A stretch of DNA of 64,000 nucleotides, taken from positions 1 to 64,000 of IMG/VR virus record IMGVR_UViG_3300046787_000129; one strand, written 5' to 3'. The notes beneath the pieces are model-generated. The model was not told the origin of the DNA and ran no database searches. It was given only the letters and a program-made list of their open reading frames with translations. This stretch comes from a virus. Within the stretch, counting starts at the first letter, position 1. The number at the start of each line of letters is the position of its first letter. Below are positions 1 through 8,387 of the stretch, one piece after another. The position numbers and the translations under genes were made by a program.

Positions 1-1146
1 CTATTTAACTGGGCATCTATTCTAGATGAGAAAACACTTGAGCAGGCTAAGACTACTTCGTCAATGCCGTTCATTTTCCCACACCTAGCACTGATGCCAG
101 ATGCACATCTTGGTAAGGGGTCTACTGTTGGGTCAGTAATTCCTACACAGGGAGCCATTATGCCTGCTGCGATTGGTGTAGACATTGGCTGTGGAATGAT
201 GGCTATTAAGACTAACAAGAATGTACACGACATAGAGGGTGTAAATCTTAAGGAACTGCGTGAGTCAATTGAGTCTGCGATTCCACTATCAGCCTTTAAA
301 CATAATCAGACAGTTAAGCCAGACGCACTTGATGCAGCAGAAGAACTACTTGACGCTGCCCTGGATGCTGGGTTTAATCCATCAGACTATGCGAGCAACT
401 GGACACACCAACTAGGTTCCCTTGGTTCTGGTAATCACTTTATTGAGATTACAGTGGATGAGGAAAACTCTATCTGGCTATTCTTGCACTCAGGTTCTCG
501 TGGAATTGGTAATAAGATTGCTACACATCACATTGCCGTTGCACAGGGGTATGCAAAGAAGAACTTTATTACCCTGGTAGATCCAGACCTAGCGTACCTT
601 GTAGAAGGCACTGTAGAGTTCGATCGCTACATCGCCGAGATGACTTGGGCACAGAAGTTTGCATTTAAGAATCGTGAAGTAATGATGAGTCGTGTCAAGA
701 AGGCATTTAAGCATCACGTTGGTGATTTCGAAATCATTGAAGAGATTAACTGTCACCACAACTTTACTCAGCCTGAGAATCATCGGGGCAAGAATCTGTG
801 GATAACTCGTAAGGGTGCTATCTCTGCTAATGAAGGACAGATGGGTCTTATTCCAGGTTCAATGGGCACTGCATCGTATGTGGTTGAAGGGCTTGGCAAT
901 AAACTTTCGTTCTGCACTGCACCACATGGTGCTGGGCGTGAATACTCTCGTAATGAAGCACGAAAGGTCTTTACAAAAGAGTCCTTAGATGATATGATGA
1001 GAGGTATTGAATGGTCACACTCTGAAGCATTCATCGATGAACATCCAAATGCATACAAGGATATTGATGTTGTCATGGAAGACGCTAAAGATTTAGTAAA
1101 GATTAGACACGTACTACATCAGATTATTAACGTAAAGGGAGACTAA
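1..1146 (+). CDS. rtcB: RtcB-family 3'-phosphate/5'-OH RNA ligase (5' end lies before the window)
   Basis: Motifs MPDAH, GVDIGCG, GSGNHFIE, HSGSRG, HHN, RKGA, PGSMG, HGAGR, AYKDI. Frame is open from base 1 (LFNWASILDE...). Confidence 0.95.
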   Translation, partial: LFNWASILDEKTLEQAKTTSSMPFIFPHLALMPDAHLGKGSTVGSVIPTQGAIMPAAIGVDIGCGMMAIKTNKNVHDIEGVNLKELRESIESAIPLSAFKHNQTVKPDALDAAEELLDAALDAGFNPSDYASNWTHQLGSLGSGNHFIEITVDEENSIWLFLHSGSRGIGNKIATHHIAVAQGYAKKNFITLVDPDLAYLVEGTVEFDRYIAEMTWAQKFAFKNREVMMSRVKKAFKHHVGDFEIIEEINCHHNFTQPENHRGKNLWITRKGAISANEGQMGLIPGSMGTASYVVEGLGNKLSFCTAPHGAGREYSRNEARKVFTKESLDDMMRGIEWSHSEAFIDEHPNAYKDIDVVMEDAKDLVKIRHVLHQIINVKGD

Positions 1147-1147
1147 G

Positions 1148-1405
1148 TTGAATATACCAACAGATAAAGAAATCCGTGACTGGTACATGGGTTACGGTGT
1201 TGAAGGTCGTGCTGTGCTTGCCGATGTCGAAGGTGAAGCCTTTGATCGCTACATGGCAGAACGTGATGCTAAGGTTGGAGATGAAGCCTATCGTGAGGGT
1301 ATTGCTTGGGAGCGTAAGCGTGTAGAAATGGCATGGCATGAAGAGATGGCCTGTCAGTGTTCAAACTTTGAATACCACCTACTAGAACGTATTGAAGAGA
1401 AATAA
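1148..1405 (+). CDS. hypothetical protein
   Basis: 85 aa ORF abutting rtcB. Confidence 0.65.
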   Translation: MNIPTDKEIRDWYMGYGVEGRAVLADVEGEAFDRYMAERDAKVGDEAYREGIAWERKRVEMAWHEEMACQCSNFEYHLLERIEEK

Positions 1406-1510
1406 ATGCCTGAGATTTTGCATGGTATCTGTATTGGCATTGTCTTGTCACCAATCATTACCAAAGTAGGCGTTAGCGTTATCGCTTTTATTAAAGGAGA
1501 AAACAAGTGA
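1406..1510 (+). CDS. small membrane protein (34 aa)
   Basis: MPEILHGICIGIVLSPIITKVGVSVIAFIKGENK; translationally coupled; read by hand. Confidence 0.55.
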   Translation: MPEILHGICIGIVLSPIITKVGVSVIAFIKGENK

Positions 1511-1617
1511 GTCACACTCACGTCACTTATTCATCGGGAGTAAATGCTGAGCAGTATTGGTGGTGTTGGTGTGGCAAGCGTTTCACTAATCCGCTATTTA
1601 TTAAAGGAGAGAAATAA
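1507..1617 (+). CDS. small Cys/His protein (36 aa)
   Basis: GTG start after AAGGAG; ...WWCWCGKRF...IKGEK. Confidence 0.55.
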   Translation: MSHTHVTYSSGVNAEQYWWCWCGKRFTNPLFIKGEK

Positions 1618-1913
1618 TGAGTAATCTAACTCAAGAAGCAATACTGGCTGAACTTGCAAAACTCTCAGACAGTAAAGGTAGGGCGATGTCCTTCTATGAT
1701 GGACAGACTATTGTTCCTAACTCTTTGCTTGAGCAGGTTTGGCATGAGGCAGAGCGCAATACCGAACAGCGCATTATTAAGTTGCTAGAGGAAATGCCTT
1801 GGGATATGTTGATGAAAGCAGGACCTAATCAAACCGTCATTTTAGATTCAGCAACTTATGAGAAGATTCTGAATCGCGATGATGCAATCGCTCTTATCAA
1901 AGGAGAGAAGTAA
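1617..1913 (+). CDS. hypothetical protein
   Basis: 98 aa, AAGGAG RBS, TAATG coupling. Confidence 0.75.
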   Translation: MSNLTQEAILAELAKLSDSKGRAMSFYDGQTIVPNSLLEQVWHEAERNTEQRIIKLLEEMPWDMLMKAGPNQTVILDSATYEKILNRDDAIALIKGEK

Positions 1914-2006
1914 ATGAGTGGACAAAACATTGTCGACATCATTCAGTCTGCACTTATCTTTTTGCTGGCGTTTAATATTTATTGGCTTATCAAGAGGGAG
2001 AAGTAA
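1914..2006 (+). CDS. small membrane protein (30 aa)
   Basis: MSGQNIVDIIQSALIFLLAFNIYWLIKREK, RBS AAGGAG. Confidence 0.55.
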   Translation: MSGQNIVDIIQSALIFLLAFNIYWLIKREK

Positions 2007-2297
2007 ATGACACTATACTATGTAAAACAAGATAACACCGTTTGGGGTTGTGGAGACCCTGGTTGCTGTGGAGAATACTACGAAGAGATTGATGAAGAAT
2101 TTGTTGATTGCACTTGTGAAGTAGAAGTAGATGCAGACCACCTACATTCTTGTAATGGTGGTGGACCAGTGCTTGACTGGCGTAAGGCTACTCCACTTGA
2201 GGCTATAGCCTATGAGTCTGGAGTTACCAATGGCTATTGGGTTGCCTTTGAGGCAGGAATTGAATTTCAAAAGAAAGAAGCTAAAGATGAAAAATAA
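2007..2297 (+). CDS. Cys-rich hypothetical protein
   Basis: CGDPGCCG, CTC and HLHSC motifs. Confidence 0.7.
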   Translation: MTLYYVKQDNTVWGCGDPGCCGEYYEEIDEEFVDCTCEVEVDADHLHSCNGGGPVLDWRKATPLEAIAYESGVTNGYWVAFEAGIEFQKKEAKDEK

Positions 2298-2559
2298 TAT
2301 TAGCATTAAGACAATTAATTCATCAGCATACAAACTTGACTATCCGTATACTGATCATGGCCTTGGCTTCCAGCCACCAGAATTAGAATATATCCTGGTT
2401 GTAAATGATGAAGAAGTGGCTATCTCGAAGGATATGGCTTTTGGTATAGCTACGGCACTTGATGAGTACAAGCAAGAAGTTCGTAATGAGTTTGAAGACA
2501 AGAGGTTCCCATACACTTTTCACAAAACTTTTGGGGAACATGAAGGAACAGACAAATGA
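2287..2559 (+). CDS. hypothetical protein
   Basis: Likely start MKNNISIK at 2287 within ORF 2212..2559. Confidence 0.65.
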   Translation: MKNNISIKTINSSAYKLDYPYTDHGLGFQPPELEYILVVNDEEVAISKDMAFGIATALDEYKQEVRNEFEDKRFPYTFHKTFGEHEGTDK

Positions 2560-2723
2560 AACTAGATAACTATACAATTAGCAAGATGCAGGATCAGATT
2601 GCACAATTCCTATTCATCAAGTGGCTAGAGGGTGGACTATGGGATAGTAACCATCCAGAGATTAAAGAGCTATATGAGAACTACCATAACATTATGATAA
2701 AGCAGGTAGAAGTAATTGATTAA
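2556..2723 (+). CDS. hypothetical protein (55 aa)
   Basis: ATGA overlap; MKLDNYTISK...; read by hand. Confidence 0.55.
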   Translation: MKLDNYTISKMQDQIAQFLFIKWLEGGLWDSNHPEIKELYENYHNIMIKQVEVID

Positions 2724-2928
2724 TCCAGATGACTATTGGGTAAATAACCCTCTCGTTAAGCCAATGAATAAGGCAATGTTCTATGATAGGGATATTTGGA
2801 ACGCTCAGCAAGATGGACAAGACAGGGCTATTGATATTTTCAATGAGGCTACTGGGCATAGAGGCAAGACACATTCTTATGGTATGGAATGCTGGTTTTG
2901 TAAGGCAGTAGCTGAAATACGAGACTAA
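2716..2928 (+). CDS. hypothetical protein, H/C metal-binding C-terminus
   Basis: H..H...CWFC. Confidence 0.6.
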   Translation: MINPDDYWVNNPLVKPMNKAMFYDRDIWNAQQDGQDRAIDIFNEATGHRGKTHSYGMECWFCKAVAEIRD

Positions 2929-2958
2929 AGCTCGGCGGTAAATAAGAGAAACATAGCC

Positions 2959-2987
2959 TTGACACAAGGCCTACTCTCTACTATACT
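2959..2987 (+). promoter_or_regulatory. sigma-A type promoter
   Basis: TTGACA-N17-TATACT. Confidence 0.8.
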
Positions 2988-3020
2988 AGATATACAAGGT
3001 CCATTAAACATAAGGAATGT

Positions 3021-3500
3021 ATGCAAACCTTTCTCCCATATAAAGACTTCGATAAATCTGCCAATGTATTAGACTCTAAGCGATTGAATAAGCAAATTCT
3101 AGAGGGCTACCAGATTATGAATGTTCTTATGAACGATGATCCTAAAGCAGGTTGGAGAAATCACCCAGCAGTAAAGATGTGGAGAGGGTATGAGAACGCA
3201 TTGTTCGACTACATCCTTGCCATGGTACGTGAAGCAGATCGTCGTGGCATTAAGACTGATAAGAACAAGGATAATCTATTTAACCTTCGTGTACGTACAA
3301 TTAGTCGCTGGGGCCACGGTATACCAAAGTGGTACCAAGACAAGGCTATTATGGCTAAGGTAACTACAACACATAAAGCCAACCTATATCGTAAAGACGA
3401 TGTATTCTACTATGACTTTGCTAAGGCAGTCATTGATGACAATAATGAACCATGCTGTGCAACCTGCCAGTATTTCTGGGTAACTCACAAGGAGAAGTAA
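3021..3500 (+). CDS. pyrimidine-dimer DNA glycosylase / MSMEG_6728-like (DenV superfamily)
   Basis: MQTFLPY...LDSKRLNKQILEG.QI...GWRNHPAVKMW.G...H..NL.RKD signature. Confidence 0.85.
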   Translation: MQTFLPYKDFDKSANVLDSKRLNKQILEGYQIMNVLMNDDPKAGWRNHPAVKMWRGYENALFDYILAMVREADRRGIKTDKNKDNLFNLRVRTISRWGHGIPKWYQDKAIMAKVTTTHKANLYRKDDVFYYDFAKAVIDDNNEPCCATCQYFWVTHKEK

Positions 3501-3904
3501 TGAAAAAAGACACTACTAAACAGATTTTTAGCTTTCTTACTAATGATATTATAATGCTAACAGGCAAAATTAATGAGCTTGTCGATAAGGTTGCTGAGCT
3601 TGAGGATCATCTAGCTTTCTATGGCAGTAGCATCAATATTCTTGAGACTAATGTAAAGAAGCTATCTCATGACTTTTATGAGGAACAGAAGATCGAGCCC
3701 TATATTGTTAATGTTAATCAACCTAATTGGCTTGATAGAACTATCGAAGATATCGATGAGATGGTTCTTGAAAAGAAAATTCGTGAATCCATCATTGCAA
3801 AGCTAGAAGAAGAAGCAGAGGATAATTCTTGTAGTTGTGGAGACATCTGTAATGCATTTGATAATGGGTTTAGCACCGCTATTAGCTTTATTAGGAATAT
3901 GTAA
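3500..3904 (+). CDS. hypothetical coiled-coil protein
   Basis: Likely start at 3500 (TAATG coupling). Confidence 0.65.
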   Translation: MKKDTTKQIFSFLTNDIIMLTGKINELVDKVAELEDHLAFYGSSINILETNVKKLSHDFYEEQKIEPYIVNVNQPNWLDRTIEDIDEMVLEKKIRESIIAKLEEEAEDNSCSCGDICNAFDNGFSTAISFIRNM

Positions 3905-4188
3905 TGGAAGTAATTGATATGACAGAGTATGTTGCTGAACGCAGACAGGCCACCAGATCTCACTTCATATATAAAGATGGTGCACGTGAAGCCACCAAGG
4001 ATATCATGGAGTATCTCCAGGAGCAAGGATTCCTATGCAAGATTCCAGGACCAGTGAAGGCTAAGCAGAGGCATCTACTCTGCGAACAAGACCAAGAAGT
4101 ATCTACTGGTAGAGTTGCCTGTGGAGAACTACATACCTATCTTAATAATCTTTACTATACTGCTAAGACACGATACTTTGTCGAATAA
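3904..4188 (+). CDS. hypothetical protein
   Basis: 94 aa ORF, coupled. Confidence 0.65.
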   Translation: MEVIDMTEYVAERRQATRSHFIYKDGAREATKDIMEYLQEQGFLCKIPGPVKAKQRHLLCEQDQEVSTGRVACGELHTYLNNLYYTAKTRYFVE

Positions 4189-4224
4189 GCGAAGCTAAAG
4201 TTCGGCGGTAAAGAGAAACTATGC

Positions 4225-4253
4225 TTGACAAGCAAGCGAATTAGACCTACAAT
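4225..4253 (+). promoter_or_regulatory. sigma-A type promoter
   Basis: TTGACA-N17-TACAAT. Confidence 0.75.
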
Positions 4254-4265
4254 AGAGAGTATAGT

Positions 4266-4439
4266 ATGAATTGCTGGTATTGTAATAAACAGTTGGCAGA
4301 GCCAACAATAACATATAGAAGATCACACCGTAAAAAGAAGTATCGCACAGATATAACTGTACACAAAGATTGTTATAAAGCTTTTAATAAAACACGTAAA
4401 GTGTATGGCTTAATAGCTCCAGGATCAATTACACAATAA
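4266..4439 (+). CDS. small basic Zn-finger protein (57 aa)
   Basis: MNCWYC...HKDC; read by hand downstream of promoter. Confidence 0.6.
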   Translation: MNCWYCNKQLAEPTITYRRSHRKKKYRTDITVHKDCYKAFNKTRKVYGLIAPGSITQ

Positions 4440-4447
4440 GGAAAGAA

Positions 4448-4690
4448 ATGGCTACAGAAGCACAGCTAAAAGCAATTAACACAGATTATGAAGCAGAGTT
4501 CCAACACACACTAAATAAGGTTCAAGAGAAGATTGACTTCCTACTTGATCTATATAGTAAAGACAACGTATCACCTTTTGATATGTATCGTAACCTATCA
4601 GCAGCCAGATGGCTTGATGATGCACTAGAGGGTAATGTTGAGGTTATCCAGCTAACTCTAGAACGAAAGAAGAAAAGGGCTGAAGTATAA
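4448..4690 (+). CDS. hypothetical protein
   Basis: 80 aa, AAGGA RBS; last gene of + block. Confidence 0.7.
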   Translation: MATEAQLKAINTDYEAEFQHTLNKVQEKIDFLLDLYSKDNVSPFDMYRNLSAARWLDDALEGNVEVIQLTLERKKKRAEV

Positions 4691-4755
4691 ATTTTCGGGG
4701 AATCAAGAATGATCTTCGTAATCCCTAGTATAAACTAAACCTAGTAAAAGAAATA

Positions 4756-4790
4756 ACCCTAGTCTAAATACATAATGGCTAGGGTTTTTT
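4756..4790 (+). terminator. intrinsic terminator
   Basis: AACCCTAGTC...GGCTAGGGTT then T-run. Confidence 0.65.
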
Positions 4791-5592
4791 GCTATCCAGG
4801 ATATGTCTGATATAACACCATATAAGGCTACAGGAGACCTCAGAGATATACACCATACCCAATGAACAGGTTAATGTTATACCCCCTCAGATTGGCACAC
4901 AGGGCTATTTAGACTATGTTTTATAGATAGTTATCCACAGATATGTCTTACTGTTGTTGATAACTTATCTCATTAAGAGATGTTGGGAAATGAAGTATGG
5001 GTAATTATGCACACTATATCGTAAATGTCAAGCTTTTTGCATAATATTCTGTCTAGCCCCATGTTTTCCGCATGATCTTCTGTTGATATATATGCCCATA
5101 TATTATTGATAATAATTCTCATTAACATATATCTTTTGGGGAAATATATGCCCATTCGTAATCCTTTTTAATATAAACATATATAAAATATGGGCAAATA
5201 AAAACCCCTATCGTAATGTATTATTACTAGGGGTATATTTACTACTAGGGAGTGTTCTTATATCAAGAGATGATCTATCTACCCTGGCCTTTGGCCACAA
5301 GCAAAGCTTGTATATATCTTTATATTAACAGTGTTATAGATCTGGGGGATTTAAAGATAGGATCGTAATCCCTATAGGTAGTATATACAATACATCTTTG
5401 ATCTCTTACGATCGTTTAGCTCAATAAACAATCGTATGGAAACATGTAAAGAAAAAGCCATATATTTTACATATCAAGCTGACGTGTAAAGTATATAGCG
5501 TTTATTTGTTATATCTTATACTAGGGATTATAGAGCTTGATCGTAAATACCCCCAACTTCTGGGATTTTTTAGAGTCCTTCGTAATGTCCTA

Positions 5593-5621
5593 TTGACAAA
5601 TGGGTTATTCTTTGTTATAAT
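5593..5621 (+). promoter_or_regulatory. consensus sigma-A promoter facing the early genes (antisense)
   Basis: TTGACA-N17-TATAAT with extended TG. Confidence 0.7.
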
Positions 5622-5677
5622 ACGATTGGGTCGGCCATGCCCTGCCCCCTCCGAAGAGGGGACAGAGACTGTTTATC

Positions 5678-5950
5678 TTATTGCTCTGATGACTCTAGCA
5701 AATCGTCTAGCGTTTCAAAGCCTGTATCCTCATCAACCTCTAGACCCTCTAGCAAAAGGGCAAAGGTTTCTTCGATAAAGGCAGTAGCAACAGGCGTAGT
5801 AACAACAATGTCATTTGCGATAGCATAGGCAAGTGGCAAGCCAATGTCGTTGTATTCAATGAAGTCAGCAAACTCTACATCTTGACGATAGTTTAGCCAT
5901 AGGTCAGCAAGAATACTTGCCTTATCTTGAAAAGTGGTTGGTTCGCTCAT
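5678..5950 (-). CDS. acidic hypothetical protein
   Basis: 90 aa; followed by GC hairpin 5643-5667. Confidence 0.75.
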   Translation of the reverse strand: MSEPTTFQDKASILADLWLNYRQDVEFADFIEYNDIGLPLAYAIANDIVVTTPVATAFIEETFALLLEGLEVDEDTGFETLDDLLESSEQ

Positions 5951-6128
5951 TTATTCTTTCCTGTTCTGCTATGGCACTTTCGGTGACAATCAGCAATCTG
6001 TTGTAGTGGATAGGGGGTTTCATTTGTGCTAGGTAAAAACCTACATCATCTAAGTTTACATCAACTGGGCTAATGATTTCGGCAATCTTACTCGCAATCT
6101 TTTCTTCTCTAACGGTTGTTCGTTTCAT
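5922..6128 (-). CDS. hypothetical protein
   Basis: 68 aa; AAGGA RBS; TTGACT-N17-TACAAT promoter upstream. Confidence 0.7.
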   Translation of the reverse strand: MKRTTVREEKIASKIAEIISPVDVNLDDVGFYLAQMKPPIHYNRLLIVTESAIAEQERINERTNHFSR

Positions 6129-6171
6129 AGTGTTCCTTATTTAGTTGTATGCTTATTGTATCAAGTTTAGA

Positions 6172-6270
6172 GGGGGAAGTCAAGACCCAATTTCTCAACT
6201 TCCCCCAGTGGTACCACCAGAAACCCAAAACCAGTGGTACCGTTGGCAAGGAGTAATCTCAACCCACCAA
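6172..6270 (-). ncRNA. candidate three-hairpin antisense RNA with UUGGGU loops
   Basis: Three consecutive stems; G-U pairs extend the stems only on the - strand; loops AAUUGGG(U) and UUUUGGGUUU. Confidence 0.5.
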
Positions 6271-6280
6271 GTATATTAAA

Positions 6281-6670
6281 TTAAATAATTATCTCTTCAG
6301 CCATGGATACCCACCAGTTTGGTTCTGGTAGGACGTCGTCAACATTAATAGTTTTAATAAGGCTAGCGATACGTGGTGGAGCAAAAGCTAGGAAGTTCTC
6401 TGCAAAGTCCCACCAGTCTGAACCATACTCATCCTGTGGATAGTGCTCTGCAATGAGCGCTGTCTCTTCAGGGGTGCATTCGATAAGCAATGGCGTCTCA
6501 TACTTCCTTGTGCCCCTTGCGTCCTCTACGTATACATAAGGGTCAATGGTAAGGGTAGTGGCCCAAGTGGTCCCATTCTCTGCATACCAGTCTGACTCTT
6601 CAGTCCAGTCCGCTTCTTCAGTATAGATTTCACGGTAGAAGATGTTAAGATCGATAGTCTTACTAGACAT
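6281..6670 (-). CDS. acidic hypothetical protein
   Basis: ORF 6281..6712; probable start MSSKTID. Confidence 0.7.
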   Translation of the reverse strand: MSSKTIDLNIFYREIYTEEADWTEESDWYAENGTTWATTLTIDPYVYVEDARGTRKYETPLLIECTPEETALIAEHYPQDEYGSDWWDFAENFLAFAPPRIASLIKTINVDDVLPEPNWWVSMAEEIII

Positions 6671-6932
6671 ACCATAGCCCTTCCTTATCAGTGTCGTGGC
6701 CATCGCAACCACAGCAGTTCAAACAAAACTCTTGCTGGTCTGGACATTTGAATACGTCCATGATTACTTCACTGTCTGAAGTTAGATAAACCTGACAGTC
6801 ATCACATACTTCCACTTCAGTCTCGTCCAGTAGTTGGAAGACCTCATTAGATTCTACGTGACGATACATCTTCTCGATAATCTCAGACTGCCAGTCATCG
6901 TCAACTAGCAGGGTGTACTTGGTTACCTTCAT
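6663..6932 (-). CDS. Cys-rich hypothetical protein
   Basis: CDDC...C...CLNCCGC..H. Confidence 0.7.
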   Translation of the reverse strand: MKVTKYTLLVDDDWQSEIIEKMYRHVESNEVFQLLDETEVEVCDDCQVYLTSDSEVIMDVFKCPDQQEFCLNCCGCDGHDTDKEGLWYV

Positions 6933-7318
6933 TTACATCCCTCGTGTCCACAGCAGTTGTTACAGGTGTATTCCATGTCGTCTTCTTGGCAAGCATAAGC
7001 GTCATCATTGAAAGGATTATCACATACCTCGCAAGTTTCGATGTAGAGGTCAACCTCGTAGTCAGTATCTGGCTCGAAAGGAATCTCAGTTACATAGTAG
7101 CCTAGGCGATTTACAAAGTGATAGCCTTCGCTGATTACAAAGCCGTAATCAATCTGTGAATAAGTCCAGATGGTGTTTTCTGGGGCAGAGCGAACAAAGT
7201 CCAACTCTTCACCATAAGTCTCATACATAAAGTTATCTGGTTGCTTACTAATACTATTCTTGATTGGTTTGAACTGTTCCTCAAACTCTGACCAAGTTAG
7301 TGATACTCTTTTAGACAT
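6929..7318 (-). CDS. hypothetical protein with C-terminal Zn finger
   Basis: Start MSKRVSL after AAGGA-ACCCA; GYHFVNRLGY; CEVC...CNNCCGH. Confidence 0.75.
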   Translation of the reverse strand: MSKRVSLTWSEFEEQFKPIKNSISKQPDNFMYETYGEELDFVRSAPENTIWTYSQIDYGFVISEGYHFVNRLGYYVTEIPFEPDTDYEVDLYIETCEVCDNPFNDDAYACQEDDMEYTCNNCCGHEGCK

Positions 7319-7332
7319 TGGGTTATCCTTTT

Positions 7333-7842
7333 TTAGAAGTGGAAGTCTACAGGTATAAGATACCATGAATCATTGAGATTGTCAAGGGTATATTTAGGAT
7401 TAGTTGTAGCATTATGCATATCGTAGAAGTAGGCATTATAATTCCATGCCCCTTGGAACATCTCAATCATCATATTCAGTTCATACAACTCAAACGAGTA
7501 ATCTGTGTTACCGTCATACTTATCTAGATAGTTATTGATATCAATATTCTTCTCTTGGAAACGTGAGCGGTATCCAGCAAACTCAACCTTACGATTACTA
7601 ATCATTCTATCAATCATAGCCACATACTCATCAGGCTTCTTTGCATAACTAATAATATGATTAGGGCTAGACTGATAAGGGTCACCGTCTACAAATCTAC
7701 CGCCACCGATAACAAACCAGTCATACCAAGCATTGGTTGCGTATTCGTTTCCGCCTAGTTCACTGTTCAAAGTATCTTCAACAGTTCGCATAGCCATATC
7801 TTCGTCGTCTGCTTGAACTGCGATGTATTGCAAAACGTGCAT
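7333..7842 (-). CDS. phage hypothetical protein
   Basis: WYDWFVIGGGR...VDFHF. Confidence 0.75.
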   Translation of the reverse strand: MHVLQYIAVQADDEDMAMRTVEDTLNSELGGNEYATNAWYDWFVIGGGRFVDGDPYQSSPNHIISYAKKPDEYVAMIDRMISNRKVEFAGYRSRFQEKNIDINNYLDKYDGNTDYSFELYELNMMIEMFQGAWNYNAYFYDMHNATTNPKYTLDNLNDSWYLIPVDFHF

Positions 7843-7884
7843 TGGGTTTCCGTTCTTTGGGTATGTATCTATTATGACAGGTGG

Positions 7885-8220
7885 TTACTCATTTGTCAAG
7901 TCTTTTAGCAAAAAACCTGGGAAAGAATAATCTGTATCCTGATAGGTAACAATGCCACCAGGGAAATCTACAACGATAGGGTCATAGGATTCTTCGCCAC
8001 ATTCGTAACTAGATAGACCATAGCCAGTTTCACTATTCCAATCGTTGCCAATCAGCTGCGAGACAACGATACGCATAGCATAAGATGTGTCACCCCAGCG
8101 TGGTTCAGCTTTTGCGAGGGCAGATTGAAGGTCCGTAATCTTGCTATCTCCACCCCAGTGTGAATACAACCATACACTGCCTTTAGAGTCTCGTAATTCA
8201 AAGTTAGTACGTGCTCCCAT
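7885..8220 (-). CDS. phage hypothetical protein (LYSHWGG motif)
   Basis: 111 aa, AAGGAG RBS. Confidence 0.75.
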   Translation of the reverse strand: MGARTNFELRDSKGSVWLYSHWGGDSKITDLQSALAKAEPRWGDTSYAMRIVVSQLIGNDWNSETGYGLSSYECGEESYDPIVVDFPGGIVTYQDTDYSFPGFLLKDLTNE

Positions 8221-8387
8221 GGGGAACTCCTTATTGGGTTAGGGTTTATTTGATTACTACTACGTTACCACGGATTCGGGGAAAAGTCAAGCCTATCTTA
8301 ATAAGTATTTTATAGTTAATAGTATTAGTTAGAAAGAGGCCGACCACAGATCCCCTCCGCTGTCAAGCGGAGAGGTCTGCGTGTCTG

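Larger units (their letters stand above)
4691..5670. other. about 1 kb AT-rich non-coding block (candidate origin or genome end)
   Basis: No credible ORF; DnaA box at 4931; five GGGGAW-N12/13-TCGTAA motifs; repeated CCTAG/CTAGG; lies between converging gene blocks. Confidence 0.55.

Noticed and set aside
4697-5586. ECF sigma promoters (GGAAT...CGTAA)
   Set aside because: Spacer of about 12-13 bp is too short
4973-5828. ORFs 4973..5155, 5506..5778 and 5637..5828
   Set aside because: No RBS, overlap regulatory motifs or a real opposite-strand gene, and have atypical composition
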